DNA of 64,000 bases from Octopus sinensis (taxonomy: Eukaryota), in contig NC_043004.1 of assembly GCF_006345805.1 (NCBI RefSeq), positions 88,784,001 through 88,848,000 on the forward strand, written 5' to 3'. The notes beneath the pieces were generated by a model. That model was not told the DNA's origin, ran no database searches, and worked only from the letters and a program-made list of their open reading frames with translations. Shown here piece by piece: positions 29,788-43,863 of this stretch. The number at the start of each line of letters is the position of its first letter. Position 1 is the first letter of the stretch. The position numbers and the translations under genes were made by a program.

Positions 29788-30663
29788 GTAAGTATGTTAC
29801 CTGTTTCAACTTCCGCCAAATGTTATAAAAATGTCTACCATTTCATATAAAAACTTACCAAACTACAAGACGTACAGAAATAAAAAGTAATACAGATTTA
29901 TTTATTGCACAGAATTATGATAATATTCGTGTTCACAGCTTTCTATTTTATCTTCCTTGTTTTTTTTACCTCGGCGTCGTTTTTCTTGTCTCTTCTTTAA
30001 TATATATTCTATCGTGTTCATCTCATTTCAACTTCCTTAACTCTTTTTTCCCAGTTCTCTTTCTCTCTTATCTCTTTCTCCCCTTCCCCCACCACCATCT
30101 CTCTCTCTTCTCTCTGTACATTTAGTTTTTTCTCTTTTTTGTTTTTTGTCTTCAAGTAGCCGTCACATCATCGTAATTCCTCCCAAGAGCAAGAAGTTTT
30201 GCAAAAGTTTCAATTCCTTTATTTATTATTATTTTTTTTTAGAAAAGCTTCATTTATTTAGTTGATACTACGAAGCTGACACAACCGTGTAGTTAAAAAG
30301 TTCACTTCGCAACTACACTATTTCAGGTTCGATCCCATTGCATAGCACATTGGACAAAGGCCTTCTAATTATGAATGAAATTTGGTAGATAAGAACAATG
30401 TGTAAGCTGGTCGGAGGGACAATTTCTGTTCTCGGGTAGCAGACCTAATCCACCACCCGATTTAATACCTCCATCCGGTCTCTGAGCACCTTAAGTGGAA
30501 TCTGCCTTGTTACGAGAATTCAGGCTGGGTTTCTGGTCCATGAAAAACTTCCTCCCGCCAATCTCAGAAGCCCTTTAAAAAGTGATGGGCGCCATCAATC
30601 CAAAATGGGCATATACCTTGTACTGTAATATTCTCAGTGTGTTGAAAACAAGAAAAATAATAT

Positions 30664-31022
30664 AGTTCTATATTTAACAGACGAAGAATTATTTACATTA
30701 TTTACATTTGACGGATATTTGTCGTCATCTTGTTCGTTGTTAACACAACGTTTCGGCAGATATACCCTCCAACCTTGTTGTTAGGATCTTAGACTGAGCA
30801 TCGTGGGAGCGCTGGTTCAGTTCCTGGAGAGGGTAGTACATTGTTTCTTCGGACAAGGCATTTCAGTTTTCTTTTTAATCAGTCATATTACTGTATAATT
30901 TACCAATCAGGTTCGAAATTTACTCAAGACACCTGATGAAGCGTATATCAGCCGAAATGTTGCGTTAACAACAAACAAGATGAGAACAAATATCCGTCAA
31001 ATGTAAATAATGTAAATAATGT
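30664..31022. mobile_element. Inverted (tail-out) pair of the same Penelope-like tail
   Basis: 30664-30774 (-) and 30908-31022 (+) both match gccgaaacgttg(t/c)gttaacaacaaacaagatga...gtcaaatgtaaataatgtaaataat of the 3285-3990 element. Confidence 0.75.
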
Positions 31023-31863
31023 GCAAGAAAAGTATCTACGTAATCACACATAAATACAATTGGATACATATTCATTTATCTCTTTCTTGTTTCAGACCAT
31101 TGAACTGTGGCCATGCTGGGGTAATGTCTTGAAAGATTCTGTCGAAGAAATCGACCCCAGTACTTAAACTTAAGTTTAAATCTAGTTCTCATTCTGTGGA
31201 TCTCGCTTACTGAACTGCTAAGTTATGGGGACGTGATCAAACCAACACCGGTGGTCAAGCGCTGGGATGAGTAGTTAATAATCACAGACGCAAGCACACG
31301 CATAAATCGAAAAAGATGTAGGACGGGCTTCCTCACAGTTTCTATCAAACAAACGCTCTTACAAGGCATTAGTCATAGCAAGGCTATAGTATAGGATACT
31401 TGCTCAAAGCGCCGCGAGGGACTGAACTCAAAACTATATGATTGCAAAGCGAGCTTCTTAACCACAGAGCCTTTATGTGTACGATACATTTTATGCACGA
31501 ATGTATGGCGGTGGATCTTCGTCGTTGTTCGACGAGGAGGATTTGCGCAACTGAATTACCTGCCCTTGAATGGACGTATTGGTGGTTGAGTATTCCACAG
31601 ATACGTGGTCCCTTAACATGATTCCCTGGTAGAATTAGCGTGACACAAGTGTCAAGGTGTTTACCGTTAGAATTATACGTACAATTCACTCTGCAGGCTT
31701 CTATACAGTTTCCGGTTGCTCAGATTAACTCACAAGGTATGGGTCGTCTCGAAGCTATAGAAAATTATATTATCCCAAGACGGCTCACAGATGGATTGAA
31801 CCTGTGACCTCGTGGTTGCGTACTGAACTTCTGAACCATTCTGCCGTATTGTGCTTTAATACG

Positions 31864-31904
<41 letters not shown>

Positions 31905-32295
31905 CCACACACACACACATATATATATATATTATATATATATATATATATTATATATATATATATATATACATATATATATGTATGCATGTGTGTGTAT
32001 GTATATATATATATACATATAGAGAGAGAGATGGGGAGGGGATAAGAGAGAGAGTAAGACACAGAGAGAAAAGAGAGAGATGTGTGTATGGATGCAGACA
32101 TATATGATGTTTGCATACACGCACATACGTGCAACATATAATACACGCATACATAATCCGATATAATTTGTAAATAGGAGACAAAAGTACCTAATAGATG
32201 TAGTAAAATTTATTCATAAATATCTCTTTCTTTTATATATGTCTAAGCGGATATATGCTTGCGCTACGAATCTATGTACATGTATCTATATGTGT

Positions 32296-32342
<47 letters not shown>

Positions 32343-34114
32343 CGCGTGTAAAAATATATAAATACCTTTGTGAAAGTCTATACATGGACACGTGACGTAT
32401 GTGTGCGTGCCAGAAGTTATTTTGTAACACTATATTTACGTATCTAATAGATTTACTCCGATATGATAATATTCGTTCTAAGTACATTTAAACATCTCGA
32501 AAAGAATCATTTTAAACCCTTTAGAAGTAAACAGAATTTTCATTAGCTTTCATTCAATTTTGAGATTGTATTCTAAGAAAATTGAAACTGAAGGCATCAG
32601 TAAATCTTCATATATTTCTTATATATTTCATATATTTCCTCTCTTTAATTCTTTTTTTACAGTGCTCTTTATGGAGATTCTTTCATCAATAAGAAATATA
32701 GAAATATTTTTTTAGATGTAGGTATAAAGAAATTTCAAAGATAGATCATACAATATTTACAACAAAATGCTGATAGAAATTTATTGAATAGCAAAGAATA
32801 TTCGAGAAGAAATCGAATAAGCTTCTTAATTAGATATTGGAAATAAATTTATCAAAACAAATTAAGAAATCTTAGCTTATATGTATATAATCATTAAATG
32901 TGGCACATGAAAGTCTCTTTTATTGAGTTGATAAATCGATATCTTTATCGTAAGCTCTGGACAAAGTCAAAAAGAGACGATATGGTTTAGTGAGTAAGGT
33001 GTTGACCTTTCACCCCGATGGCCATCGTCAGTTTATTGGTGAAGTTCGTTCTTTGGAACAAGGCACTGAACCGTTCTTGTCTCTGTCTATTTATAAGTAT
33101 CTTGTGTAATATAGAAGTGACGAAACGCTAATAGAACTGGAAATTGAGAAGTTACATTAGAAATTGACAAGCTGTTAGCTAAGTTTTAAATTCTGTAAAT
33201 TAAAGAATGAAAGCATGTTTCAGAAAGTTGTTTCTTTTTCATGTTAATAATATTCACTGAATCTTAATTACTTGAGAATCTCAGAGTTAATTACTAAGGA
33301 TTTCTTAGATATTCACAATATGCAAAGCTACAAAGAACGCTTAATATATTTAGTTAGTGTTTAAGGCGACGAACTGGCAGAAACGTTAGCACGCCGGGCG
33401 AAATGCGTAACCGTATTTCGTCCGCCGCTGCGTTCTGAGTTCAAATTCCGCTGAGGTCGACTTTGCCTTTCATCCTTTCGGGGTCGATTAAATAAGTACC
33501 AGTTACGCACTGGGGTCGATATAATCGACTTAATCCCTTTGTCTATCCTTGTTTGTACTCTGTGTTTAGCCCCTTGTGGGTAGTAAAAAAATAGGTGTTT
33601 CGCCAGTCGTTAAATTCTGAGATCAAATTCCGCCGAGATCAACTTTGCCTTTCATATTTTCTGGGTCGATAAATTAAGTAGCAGTCGAGAACTGGGGTCG
33701 TTGTGGTCGACTATTCCCCTCCCCACAAAATCTTGGCCGTGTGCCCATAGTAGAAAGGATTATTTTTGCTTATCAGGTGTACATTTCTTTGGTTAATCTG
33801 ACATTGTCATCGTTGCTGTTATTATATTTGTTGTTGTTGTGACCAGCTGTGAGAAACCCCTATTTGTTTTCAGACATCGTATAGCACAGACTACATTAGG
33901 ACTACAATTTTTTCTTTACCTTTTTTTTCTCAAGGCAATATTAAGGAAATTAATATTTCTGCTATTTCTTGTGAGTCGAGCGACCACGTACAGGGCTTGC
34001 TTTCCCGTTTGCCGATCATAGGTTAGTTTACTGTCAATATCTAGTAGGATTTAATCAATTAATGAGGGATATATAACAGCTATACAAGCAGTGTGTGTAT
34101 CGCGCGGAAGCGTA

Positions 34115-34257
34115 CTGTAATGCCTCGGTATACGAGTTAATTCGCTCCCAGAGAACGCTCGTAAAGCGAAAACTCATAAACAGAAAATAATACTCGTAAA
34201 AACTCGTAGATTTGGGGTTTCGTAAAGCGGTTCCTCGTAAAAAGTGCGGTATTACTG
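34115..34257. mobile_element. pogo/Tigger-like MITE
   Basis: TA|ctgtaatgcctcggtatacgag ... ctcgtaaaaagtgcggtattactg|TA, with repeated ctcgta motifs. Confidence 0.55.
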
Positions 34258-34979
34258 TATGTATCTCGAAGTATATTAGATTACAACTCACAAACGCTGG
34301 TGTATTTATCTGGATTGCCGAAGCACAAACACAATCAATGATCTACTAACGAAAACAGCATCAAATTCTACGAAGGCTGTCAACAAATGCTTGTCCGTCT
34401 AATTTTATTTCGTGTACTGTATTATAATGAGTTGCAATGGCACGTTGCTGTCCTTTCGCAGCATTCTCCACGGCTAAAATGAAAAATAAACTTATTCCCA
34501 AACAGAACCGCAATTATCTACACAATTATATACACCAGCTATGTTGATGACATATTTATTGTGACGAATACAAACGTACATGCTGAAAGATTTCAGGAAA
34601 ATCTTGAAAATAGCTCACTCTCAATATTTACGACCTGTCATAGCTCACTCTCAGTATTTACGACCTGTCGTAGCTCTTGCTTAAATTCAAGCCGCAACAC
34701 CCTAATCCCATCCTCACACATAAATATAGCGGTTAGGAATAACACATGTGACACCCCAGTTTACACATAAAAAATACAGACGAATGGTTGTATATACAAG
34801 GTGCATTCCAGAATATTTCAGCCGTTTCTTGGAGAGGCAGTTATGACTGTCGTACGTTATTGGATATCGCTTCTTTGACGCTGATGATTCAACAGCATCG
34901 AATCAGAGAGGACAAATAAGCGACATCAAACAGACGTCTTCATATTTTCCTAGTCCTCCCTCCACCACCTCTCTCTCTC

Positions 34980-34997
34980 TTTCACTATTTCTCTCTT

Positions 34998-35032
<35 letters not shown>

Positions 35033-35333
35033 TTCCCTCTCTCTTTTTCTGTATAACTGTTTAGTTACGTCAGCATGAAAGTGTAATATTCTCTCTCTCT
35101 CTCTCTTTGTCTCTCTCCTTCTCTCTCTCCTTCTCTCTCTCTCACACACATACGTCCCATCACTCTCCTCTCATACGCTCTCATTGTCTTTTGTTCTCTC
35201 TGTCTCCTTTTCTCTCATTTTTTCCTTTTCTCTTTCTTTCTCTCTCTTTATCTCTTTCTCCCTCTCTCTCTCCCTCTCTCTGTTTCTGTTTCTGTGTGAC
35301 TGTTTAGTTACGTCTGCATGAGTGTAGAATATG

Positions 35334-35407
<74 letters not shown>

Positions 35408-35583
35408 TCTCATACGCCCCATCACTCTCCTCTCATACTCTCTCATTCTCTTTCGTTCTCTCTCATTTTTTCTTTCATTTTCTCTCTCTTTGTCTCTCTT
35501 TATCTCTTTCTCTCTCTCTCTCCTTCTCTCTGTTTCTGTTTATGTGTGACTGTTTAGTTACGTCTGCATGAATGTATAATATG

Positions 35584-35621
<38 letters not shown>

Positions 35622-35740
35622 ATACGCCCCATCACTCTTCTCTCATACTCTCTCATTCTCTTTTGTTCTCTCTCTCATATTCTCTCATTTTTTCTTTCAT
35701 TTTCTCTCTCTTTGTCTCTCTTTATCTCTCTCTGTGAGCA
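34980..35740. repeat. About 250-bp tandem triplication containing (CT)n
   Basis: ctgtttagttacgtc...gcatga recurs at about 35058, 35300 and 35550. Confidence 0.8.
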
Positions 35741-36779
35741 TCTAATTATGTTTGTATGTTTAATCTTTTTCTCTCACCCCATTTCTCTCTCTCTCTCCGT
35801 CTCTATCTATCTATATCAATCTGTATGTGAATATTTCTGCGTATATATATATATAATATGTGTCAGTGTGCGTGTGTAAGCGTTTGCCTCCAGTGCCAAA
35901 ACGTACCGCCTCCAACACAAGTTCAATATCCAGACAGCCTCACTAATTCGCCAGCATTCATCTAACCATGCTCACTCGTCTCAACCCGATCTAATTCTTG
36001 CCTCTATCTTTAAAACAACACTATCACCGCTTTTGATAACCGAGTGCATCGAATTTATATTCTGATATAATTACACTAATCTTGCTTTAACATGTCATTT
36101 CACGGTTCTATCTAACATAATAAATATTTCTACGTCAATTAAATATTCATTATTTCTGATAAACATTAGATTCTAGCACTGGCTCAAGACCATAAATTGT
36201 TAAGACGGATTAGAGTTTATTAAAGTAACTCCAGGTAACTGTATTAAGATTTGTTGTCAAACTTTTCAGTTCAGAACATGATGTAACTAAGTACTGCAAG
36301 GTACTCGGACCCGTCTGTCAGCTCAACACCTTTATTATTTCACGAGCAAAACTCCCCCAGTTCAATGGACGGTGCTGAGTTGTCAAACATTTAAACCAAA
36401 TTTTCTCAAAACAACTTGCCCGGCCATCCAATTGGCCTCCCCTTTAAGAAACACTGATTTAATCTAAATTTGAGACACCAGCAAAAGAAGAAATAAAGAT
36501 AGACTTTTTTCTATTCCAAAGAAAAACGATTTTATTCACACAAATATGCAACTGAAGAGTTTGAAGTACCAGTAATGATAATACTGTTGACTGGGAGAAC
36601 ACAAACATGGTTTAAACAGTAAGCTTGGCAGAAAGAAACGTGCCTTTAAGCAGTACAAAAACAATAAAAAATGGAAGGTGCAGTTATGTACAGGTTGAGG
36701 GAAGAAAAGCAGGACAAAAACGGCTTTATCGATCGCATTCACACCTGGAATCGATTTTTGTAAGTTTTTCAAGACTTAT

Positions 36780-36897
36780 ACACGCCCTGATACCGACGGT
36801 ATCTACATATAAAATTTGAGCGCAATCGGATGGAGGATGCCGGAGATCCTAGAAGACACACACACACACACAGATAGAACGGATTTTATATAATAGA
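36780..36897 (-). mobile_element. Helitron/HINE-like 5' terminus
   Basis: Minus strand A|TCTATTATATAAAA...ctatc(tg)n...atccgattgcgctcaaattt, a pattern typical of such ends. The 3' end was not located. Confidence 0.45.
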
Positions 36898-37836
36898 TTA
36901 TAAATTTCTAACTCTGCTATAAGACGAAAGGTTACAGTCGATTAAACAGGCTACAGGACAGTATTTTTATATTATTTTATTAACAGGAATAGGTGTTAAT
37001 ATATCTCTTTTTATTATACATAGAAGGATTAATAACAAAGTCTGATTCGGTTGCATTTGGTGTCAGTCAATATTGACATCCATCCTAACGATATTGAAAA
37101 GTAGATGCCACTGATTACGAATGCACATTTTGTCTATTATTATACGCGTCCTTAAACCGGCAAGCTTAGCAGAGTTGTTAGCACGCCGGACAAAATACTT
37201 AGCGGAATTTCGTCCGTCTCTACGTTCTGAGTTCAAATTCTGCTGAGGTCGACTTTGCCTTTCATCCTTTTCAGAGTTGATAAATAAAGTACCAGTTTCG
37301 CACTGGGGTCGATGAATCGACTTAATCCGTTTGTCTTTCCTTGTTTATCCCCTCTATGTTTAGCCCCTTGTGGGCAATAAAGAAATATATATTAGATATT
37401 AGCTTGGTAAAAATGCTTTGCTACATTTGTTCCGGTTCTTTATGCTCTGAGTTCAAATCCCGCAGAAGTCGGTTTTTCCTTTCATCTCTTTAGGGTCGAT
37501 GAAATAAAATACTAGTCAAAAAACCGGGCTTGATGTGATCCACAAATCCCTCTCCAAAAGGCATCTGATTTCCACACAGTTTTCATCAACCAGATTTACT
37601 CAAAAGGCATTGGTGGTTCTGGAACGATAGCAGTAGACGCTTGCCTATGATGCCACGCAGAAATATTGAACCTGAATCTATGTGGATCTGAAGCCGTACA
37701 TAGAACCAACGTTTCGTTCCCTTGAAAACCTAAGTTTAAGCCATTCTATAAATGTAGTGAAATTAATTCCAATGCATATCATCCTTCATAGTCGCAGACA
37801 TCACTCTGTGGGTTAAGAAGCTCCCTTTGCAATCAC

Positions 37837-40233
37837 GTGAGGATTCTGCCTAAAAAAGTCCATCGCTCCAAGAAAGTGGGCCGACCACGCATCAACACCG
37901 CCAGAACCTCGGACCCTACACTGCGAAAATGTTTTGCTGCTTCTATCAAGGTTGCCCTCAGTAGCTGCCCAACCTCCTCTGCTGAAAGTAGGTGGGACTA
38001 TATCAGGGAGGCCTTGTATACGACATCAATGGATACTTTCGGCATGAGAGAAAGGCAAAACCCAGATTGGTTCAATGCTGGGCTCTCAGAGCTGGAGCTA
38101 GTTATCGAAACAAAGCGTGCAGCTCTGGTGCAATACAAGAGTGACTCTTCTACAAAGTCACTCGAAGAACTCAGAAAGGCACGAAATAAAACCCAACTGA
38201 CAGCCAGACGCTGTGCAAATAGGTATTGGCAGGAAATCTGTCAGAGTATCCAGTCAGCTGCTGACAGGGGCGACACCCGTGGGATGTATGCCGGTTTGAA
38301 GAAGGCCCTCGGTCCATCCGCAACCAAGTCAGCCCCTCTGAAATCAACTACTGGAGATCTCATCAGGGATCAAGGCAAGCAAATGGATAGATGGGTGGGG
38401 CACTACCAGGATCTCTACTCACGGGAGACTACAGTGGCTGAGGCTGCAGTCGAGAGTGTCAAGATCTTGCCAGTCATGTGCGAACTTGACAGTCCGCCAA
38501 CCGTAGCAGAGCTCACCAAGGCTGTTGACTCCCTAGCAAGAAATAAGGCTCCGGGAAAAGACGGCATCCCCTCAGAGATCATCAAAGCCGGCAAAAACAC
38601 CATCCTGCTTCGGCACCTTCATGAGCTTCTGTGTCAGTGCTGGGAAGAGGGTACAGTCCCTCAGGATATGCGGGATGCTAACATCATTACGCTTTACAAA
38701 AACAAAGGTGACCGTGGTGATTGTAACAATTACCGTGGTATATCCCTTCTAAGCACTGTTGGAAAGACCTTTGCCCGCGTTATCCTGGCCAGGCTACAAC
38801 TACTTGCTTCTCAAATCTATCCGGAATCGCAGTGTGGCTTTAGAAGAAGCAGATCAACTATCGATATGATATTCTCCATACGCCAACTTCAGGAGAAGTC
38901 CAGAGAGCAGAAAATGCCATTATATATGGCCTTCATTGATCTAACAAAGGCTTTTGACTCGGTAAGCAGAACAGGCCTCTTCATCCTGCTCCAAAAAATC
39001 GGATGTCCACCAAAGCTGCTGAGGATCATCAAGTCTTTCCATGATGACATGCAAGGCACCATACAGCACAACGGTTTAACATCAGCCGCCTTCCAAATAA
39101 AAAACGGGGTAAAGCAAGGTTGTGTCTTCGCTCCTACATTGTTTGGCATCTTCTTCTCGCTCTTACTTTCACATGCCTTTCAGACATCAGATGATGGAGT
39201 GTTTCTGCACAGTAGAAGTGACGGGAAACTGTTCAATCTCTCGCGCCTGCGTGCCAAGACCAAAATCAGAAACGTCCTGATCAAGGAGATGTTATTTGCT
39301 GATGATGCCGCTCTGGTAACACACACAGAAGAAGCCCTCCAAAAGCTCATTAACTGTTTTGAGCAAGCATGTAACGACTTTGGCTTAGCTATCAGCCTTA
39401 AGAAGACCAACATCATGGGCCAGGCTACATCGGACATCCCAAACATACATATTGGAGACCACAGATTACAAGAGGTGGAGAAGTTTACCTATCTGGGCTC
39501 TACCGTCACCTACAACCTATCACTTGACGCTGAGCTCAATATACGCATTGGCAAGGCAGCTGCTCCGATGGCCCAACTCTCCAAACGGGCTTGGGACAAC
39601 AATAAGCTGACCAAGACCACGAAAATGAAGATCTACCAGGCATGTGTACTCAGCACTCTACTGTATGGAAATGAGACTTGGACGCTATACACACGCCAAG
39701 AGCGTCGCCTGAACATCTTTCACCTGCGCTGCCGAAAAATCCTCCGCATCAAATGGCAGGATCATATCCCCAACAAAGATGTTCTCAGGCAAGCAGGAAT
39801 ACCAAGCATGTTTGCACTCCTCACACAAAGACGTATGAGATGGCTTGGGCATGTTAGCCGTATGAAAGATGGCAGAATCCCCAAGGACATACTCTACGGA
39901 GAGCTTGCTAGTGGTACTAGGTCTGTGGGTAGACCGATCTTACGTTACAAGGATGTTTGCAAAAGGGACATGAAGGCCTGCAACATCAATATTAGCGGTT
40001 GGGAGGCAGCTGCCGGCAACCGTGGAGAATGGCGACGTACCGTAAAAGAGGGAATACAAAGGAGTGACAGAGAGAGAGAGGAGAAATGGAAAGAAAGGAA
40101 GAGACGTCAACAAGAGACTATGGCACTACAACCAGCCAGGAACAGTCTTCGCTACATTTGCGGTACCTGCCAGAGGGAGTGTTTGTCCAGGATAGGACTA
40201 CACAGCCACAGCAGGAAATGTATCAGGACATGA
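37837..40233 (+). CDS. RTE-clade LINE ORF (reverse transcriptase plus C-terminal C2H2-like finger), 5'-truncated, endonuclease absent
   Basis: 798-codon open frame with RT motifs KAPGKDGIP, YRGISLLS, QCGFR, FIDLTKAFDSV, GVKQGCVFAP, LFADD and FTYLGS, and terminal CGTCQRECLSRIGLHSHSRKC. It starts at a non-ATG codon at the truncation point. Confidence 0.92.
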   Translation: MRILPKKVHRSKKVGRPRINTARTSDPTLRKCFAASIKVALSSCPTSSAESRWDYIREALYTTSMDTFGMRERQNPDWFNAGLSELELVIETKRAALVQYKSDSSTKSLEELRKARNKTQLTARRCANRYWQEICQSIQSAADRGDTRGMYAGLKKALGPSATKSAPLKSTTGDLIRDQGKQMDRWVGHYQDLYSRETTVAEAAVESVKILPVMCELDSPPTVAELTKAVDSLARNKAPGKDGIPSEIIKAGKNTILLRHLHELLCQCWEEGTVPQDMRDANIITLYKNKGDRGDCNNYRGISLLSTVGKTFARVILARLQLLASQIYPESQCGFRRSRSTIDMIFSIRQLQEKSREQKMPLYMAFIDLTKAFDSVSRTGLFILLQKIGCPPKLLRIIKSFHDDMQGTIQHNGLTSAAFQIKNGVKQGCVFAPTLFGIFFSLLLSHAFQTSDDGVFLHSRSDGKLFNLSRLRAKTKIRNVLIKEMLFADDAALVTHTEEALQKLINCFEQACNDFGLAISLKKTNIMGQATSDIPNIHIGDHRLQEVEKFTYLGSTVTYNLSLDAELNIRIGKAAAPMAQLSKRAWDNNKLTKTTKMKIYQACVLSTLLYGNETWTLYTRQERRLNIFHLRCRKILRIKWQDHIPNKDVLRQAGIPSMFALLTQRRMRWLGHVSRMKDGRIPKDILYGELASGTRSVGRPILRYKDVCKRDMKACNINISGWEAAAGNRGEWRRTVKEGIQRSDREREEKWKERKRRQQETMALQPARNSLRYICGTCQRECLSRIGLHSHSRKCIRT

Positions 40234-40306
40234 AATATAAAAGCCGGACTAGACTACTTTGTGCGCAACTCCATTGTCTCCTGAGACAGAAAGGATGCCA
40301 ACCAAT
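37840..40306 (+). mobile_element. RTE/BovB-like LINE copy including 3' UTR
   Basis: RT ORF followed by 3' end ccattgtctcctgagacagaaaggatgccaaccaat, then (TA)n. Confidence 0.85.
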
Positions 40307-40308
40307 AG

Positions 40309-40349
<41 letters not shown>

Positions 40350-40356
40350 GATATAG

Positions 40357-40398
<42 letters not shown>

Positions 40399-40438
40399 GT
40401 ATGTATGTATGTATGTATGTAATATATATATATATATG

Positions 40439-40507
<69 letters not shown>

Positions 40508-41120
40508 ATATGTATGATATATATATATATATGTATGTATGTATTATGTATGTATGTATATATATATATATTGTGTGTGTGTGTATTTTTTTGCATGTGT
40601 TTGGACCCTCTACCGCATGACAACCGATGTCGGTTTGTTTACGTCCCCATAATGTAGCGGTTCGGCAAAAGGAGGTCGATAGAATAAGTACCACACTTAA
40701 AGAATAAGAACTGTGGCCGACTTATTCGACTAAACCCATTAAAAGGTGGTGCCCCAGCACGGCCGCATTCCAATGTCTGAATCAAATAATAGTTAAAATA
40801 TAAAAGACTGCTTTCTTTAAAAATCACAGTAGTAGTAGTATTGGGTTCCTATTTCCTTCATCACATCGCGACATCTCAAGATGTTCATCAGAAATAAAAA
40901 CAAAGTATTAAGTGATTGCTCTCTTAGTCTCTCGTTATGATTTGTCAATCAAAGGTAAGGAGATTCCATCGTACGTAGACATCTGTAGGAATTAACGAAT
41001 GAAAATCGCTTAGTGCGCAATTCCGTGATGAAATTCTGCTTACGTTTCATTATATATAATAATATAGAAAAATCATTCGAGACCAATGGAACAGAAAATG
41101 AGCATACATACATATATATA

Positions 41121-41196
<76 letters not shown>

Positions 41197-41456
41197 ATAT
41201 ATATACATGTACATAAATATTTTATATAATGTATATGTATATATACATATATATACATGTACATAAATATTATATATGATGTATATATATATACATATAC
41301 GCGTCTGTGTGTGTATATATATAAGCATATATATAAAAGTTTATAAATATGTATATATACGTGTACATATATATATGTTTGTATGTAGATATTCATATGT
41401 ATATATATACATAAATGCATATATATACATATATGTACATATATATATATATATAA

Positions 41457-41487
<31 letters not shown>

Positions 41488-42205
41488 CATATATATATAT
41501 TTATTTGTATGTGTATGTGTTAAAGTGCGTGTATGCGCGCGTGTGTGTGTGTACCTATGATCTTCACATAAAAAGTTCAAACACGGGTTAGATAGTTTAT
41601 GTAACAATTACGAAATGGAACAAGATGGAACGTTAATATTCAGAGGACACGGATATATCATCATCATCAGCAGCAGCAGCAGCAGCATCACCATCATATG
41701 ACTTTGATTCAATGATAAATCATGAAAAGAAAGAAATAAATGTGAGTGGGGGAAATAGCTGATAAAACATTCAATAAGTACACATCGGAAATGAACGAAA
41801 GAGCTATTTAGTCACTGATTTATAGCCAAATGATTGTTCTCCGTCAGTGTATATATTGATTTATATACGTATACATGCATATATATATCAATATATATAA
41901 TATAATATATATGTGTGTGTGAGTGCGTGTCTGTGTGTATGTATACTTATATATTTCTTTACTACCGACAAGCGGCTAAACATAGAGGGGACAAACAAGG
42001 ACAGACAAAGGGATTAAGTTGATTACATCGACCCCAGTGCGTAACTGGTACTTAATTTATCGACCCCGAAAGGATGAAAGACAAAGTCGACCTCCGCGGA
42101 ATTTGAACTCGGAACGTGACGGTAGACGAAATACGGTTACGCATTTCGCCCGGTGTGCTAACGTTTCTGCCAGCTCGCCGCCTTGTGTGTATGTATACCT
42201 ATATA

Positions 42206-43501
42206 CAAGGGTTGGACAAAATAATGGAAACACCTTAAAATTTCAAACGAATTTATTTTAATATGGGGTGGGACCGCCTTTGACAGTAATTACAGCTTGA
42301 ATTCTACGAGGTATCGACTCGTACAAAGTTTGAATTGTTTCCAAAGGAATTTTTGTCCATTTTTCATCTAAAACAGTCTCCGGTTCTTGTAGTGATGATG
42401 GTGGAGGATATCGACACCTTACTTGTTTTTCTAAAATGCACCATAAATTTTCAATAATATTGAGATCTAGGGACTGTGGTGGCCAGATAAGATGTTCAAC
42501 TTCACTAGAATGTACCTCGTGCCATTCAGTAACAACTTTAGCCGTGTGAATTGGTGCATTATCATCTTGAAAGATTGCGTTCCCCTCCGGAAACAGTTCC
42601 GCAGCCATAAGATAAATTTAATCAGACAAAATGCTTGAATAGTCTTGACTATTGATCAGATAAAATATTTAAATAGTATTCCTGCCATGAAGGAAAACCA
42701 TTGTACCGGCGGATTTCCAAGATATAACCCCACAAGATCATCACAGATCCTCCTCCATGTTTAACAGTTGGATGAAGGCAGTCTGAGTCAAATGCTTCTT
42801 TTTGCTGTCTCCACACGTATTCTAATGCTGGTGGTCGGAAATAAGGTAAAGGATGACTTGTCCGAAAAAATAATTCTTCCACTGCTCTAGGGACCAATTC
42901 TGTTGGTTTTTACTCCACTCTAAACGCTTTGCAGCGTTTGTTTTTGAAAGTAATGGTTTTCTGATTGCTGCCTTCCCGTGAAATCCAGCTTTGTGCAGCT
43001 CCTGGAGAACAGCTTTTGTGGAAACTGGGTTCTCGAGGTAGTCATTAAGCTCTGCAGTAATTTTGGGAGCTGTACTTTTGTGATCCTTTCTAACAGTTCG
43101 TGTAAGAGTCCGACAGTCCCCATCTGAAGTTTTGGTTTTCTTCCGGAGTTTTGTTTCGACGAGGAGGTTTTTCCATCTTTCTCAAAAGCTGTCATTACTC
43201 TCGAGACAGTACTTCTTGATGCACCAAACATTTCGGCTGTTTGCGTTACGCTAGCGCCTGCCATACAAGCACCAACAATTTGACATGTTTGAAAGTCCTA
43301 TAGATCTGCCATTTTAATGAATTTTAATTACTTTTTTCTTATGATATCTGAAAAGAAACAGCAATTTCAGCAAAACATATTAAGCAACACTAATAATAAA
43401 TCAAAAAACATAAAAATAAACAAGTTTTTGACAGTTTTATAGATATTTCAATATTATGATGCTATGATGCTAAGTGTTTCCATTATTTTGGCCAACCCCT
43501 G
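42206..43501 (-). mobile_element. Tc1-like (DD34E) transposon, decayed transposase
   Basis: TIRs caagggttggacaaaataatggaaacac and gtgtttccattattttggccaacccctg with TA flanks. Minus-strand ORF pieces: HTH (SVTQTAEMFGASRSTVSRV), PTVKHGGGSVM, FQDDNAPIH and WPPQSLDLNIIENLW, in three frames. Confidence 0.92.
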
Positions 43502-43533
43502 TACATGTATATATAACCCTAACTTTCATATGC

Positions 43534-43611
<78 letters not shown>

Positions 43612-43863
43612 TTAAAAATTAAGGGTAGAAATTGATATTAGTCAATTAAAACCAGTGGTCTAGCACATTAAAAAGAATCCGAAGATTAAAATATTTATAT
43701 ATACCAATTAAGGACTGAACACGAAAAGGTGGACAGTCAACATGCTAGATATAGACGTCAAATCGCCATTCTCCACAAGGATTATGTTCTCAAATAAAAA
43801 TAAATTCAGCACGACCTAAAGCAATGGATGAGACAAAAGAAATATACTAAATGGAATAATTAC

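Noticed and set aside
34611-34676. 30-bp direct repeat x2.2
   Set aside because: Ordinary local tandem duplication with no associated features.
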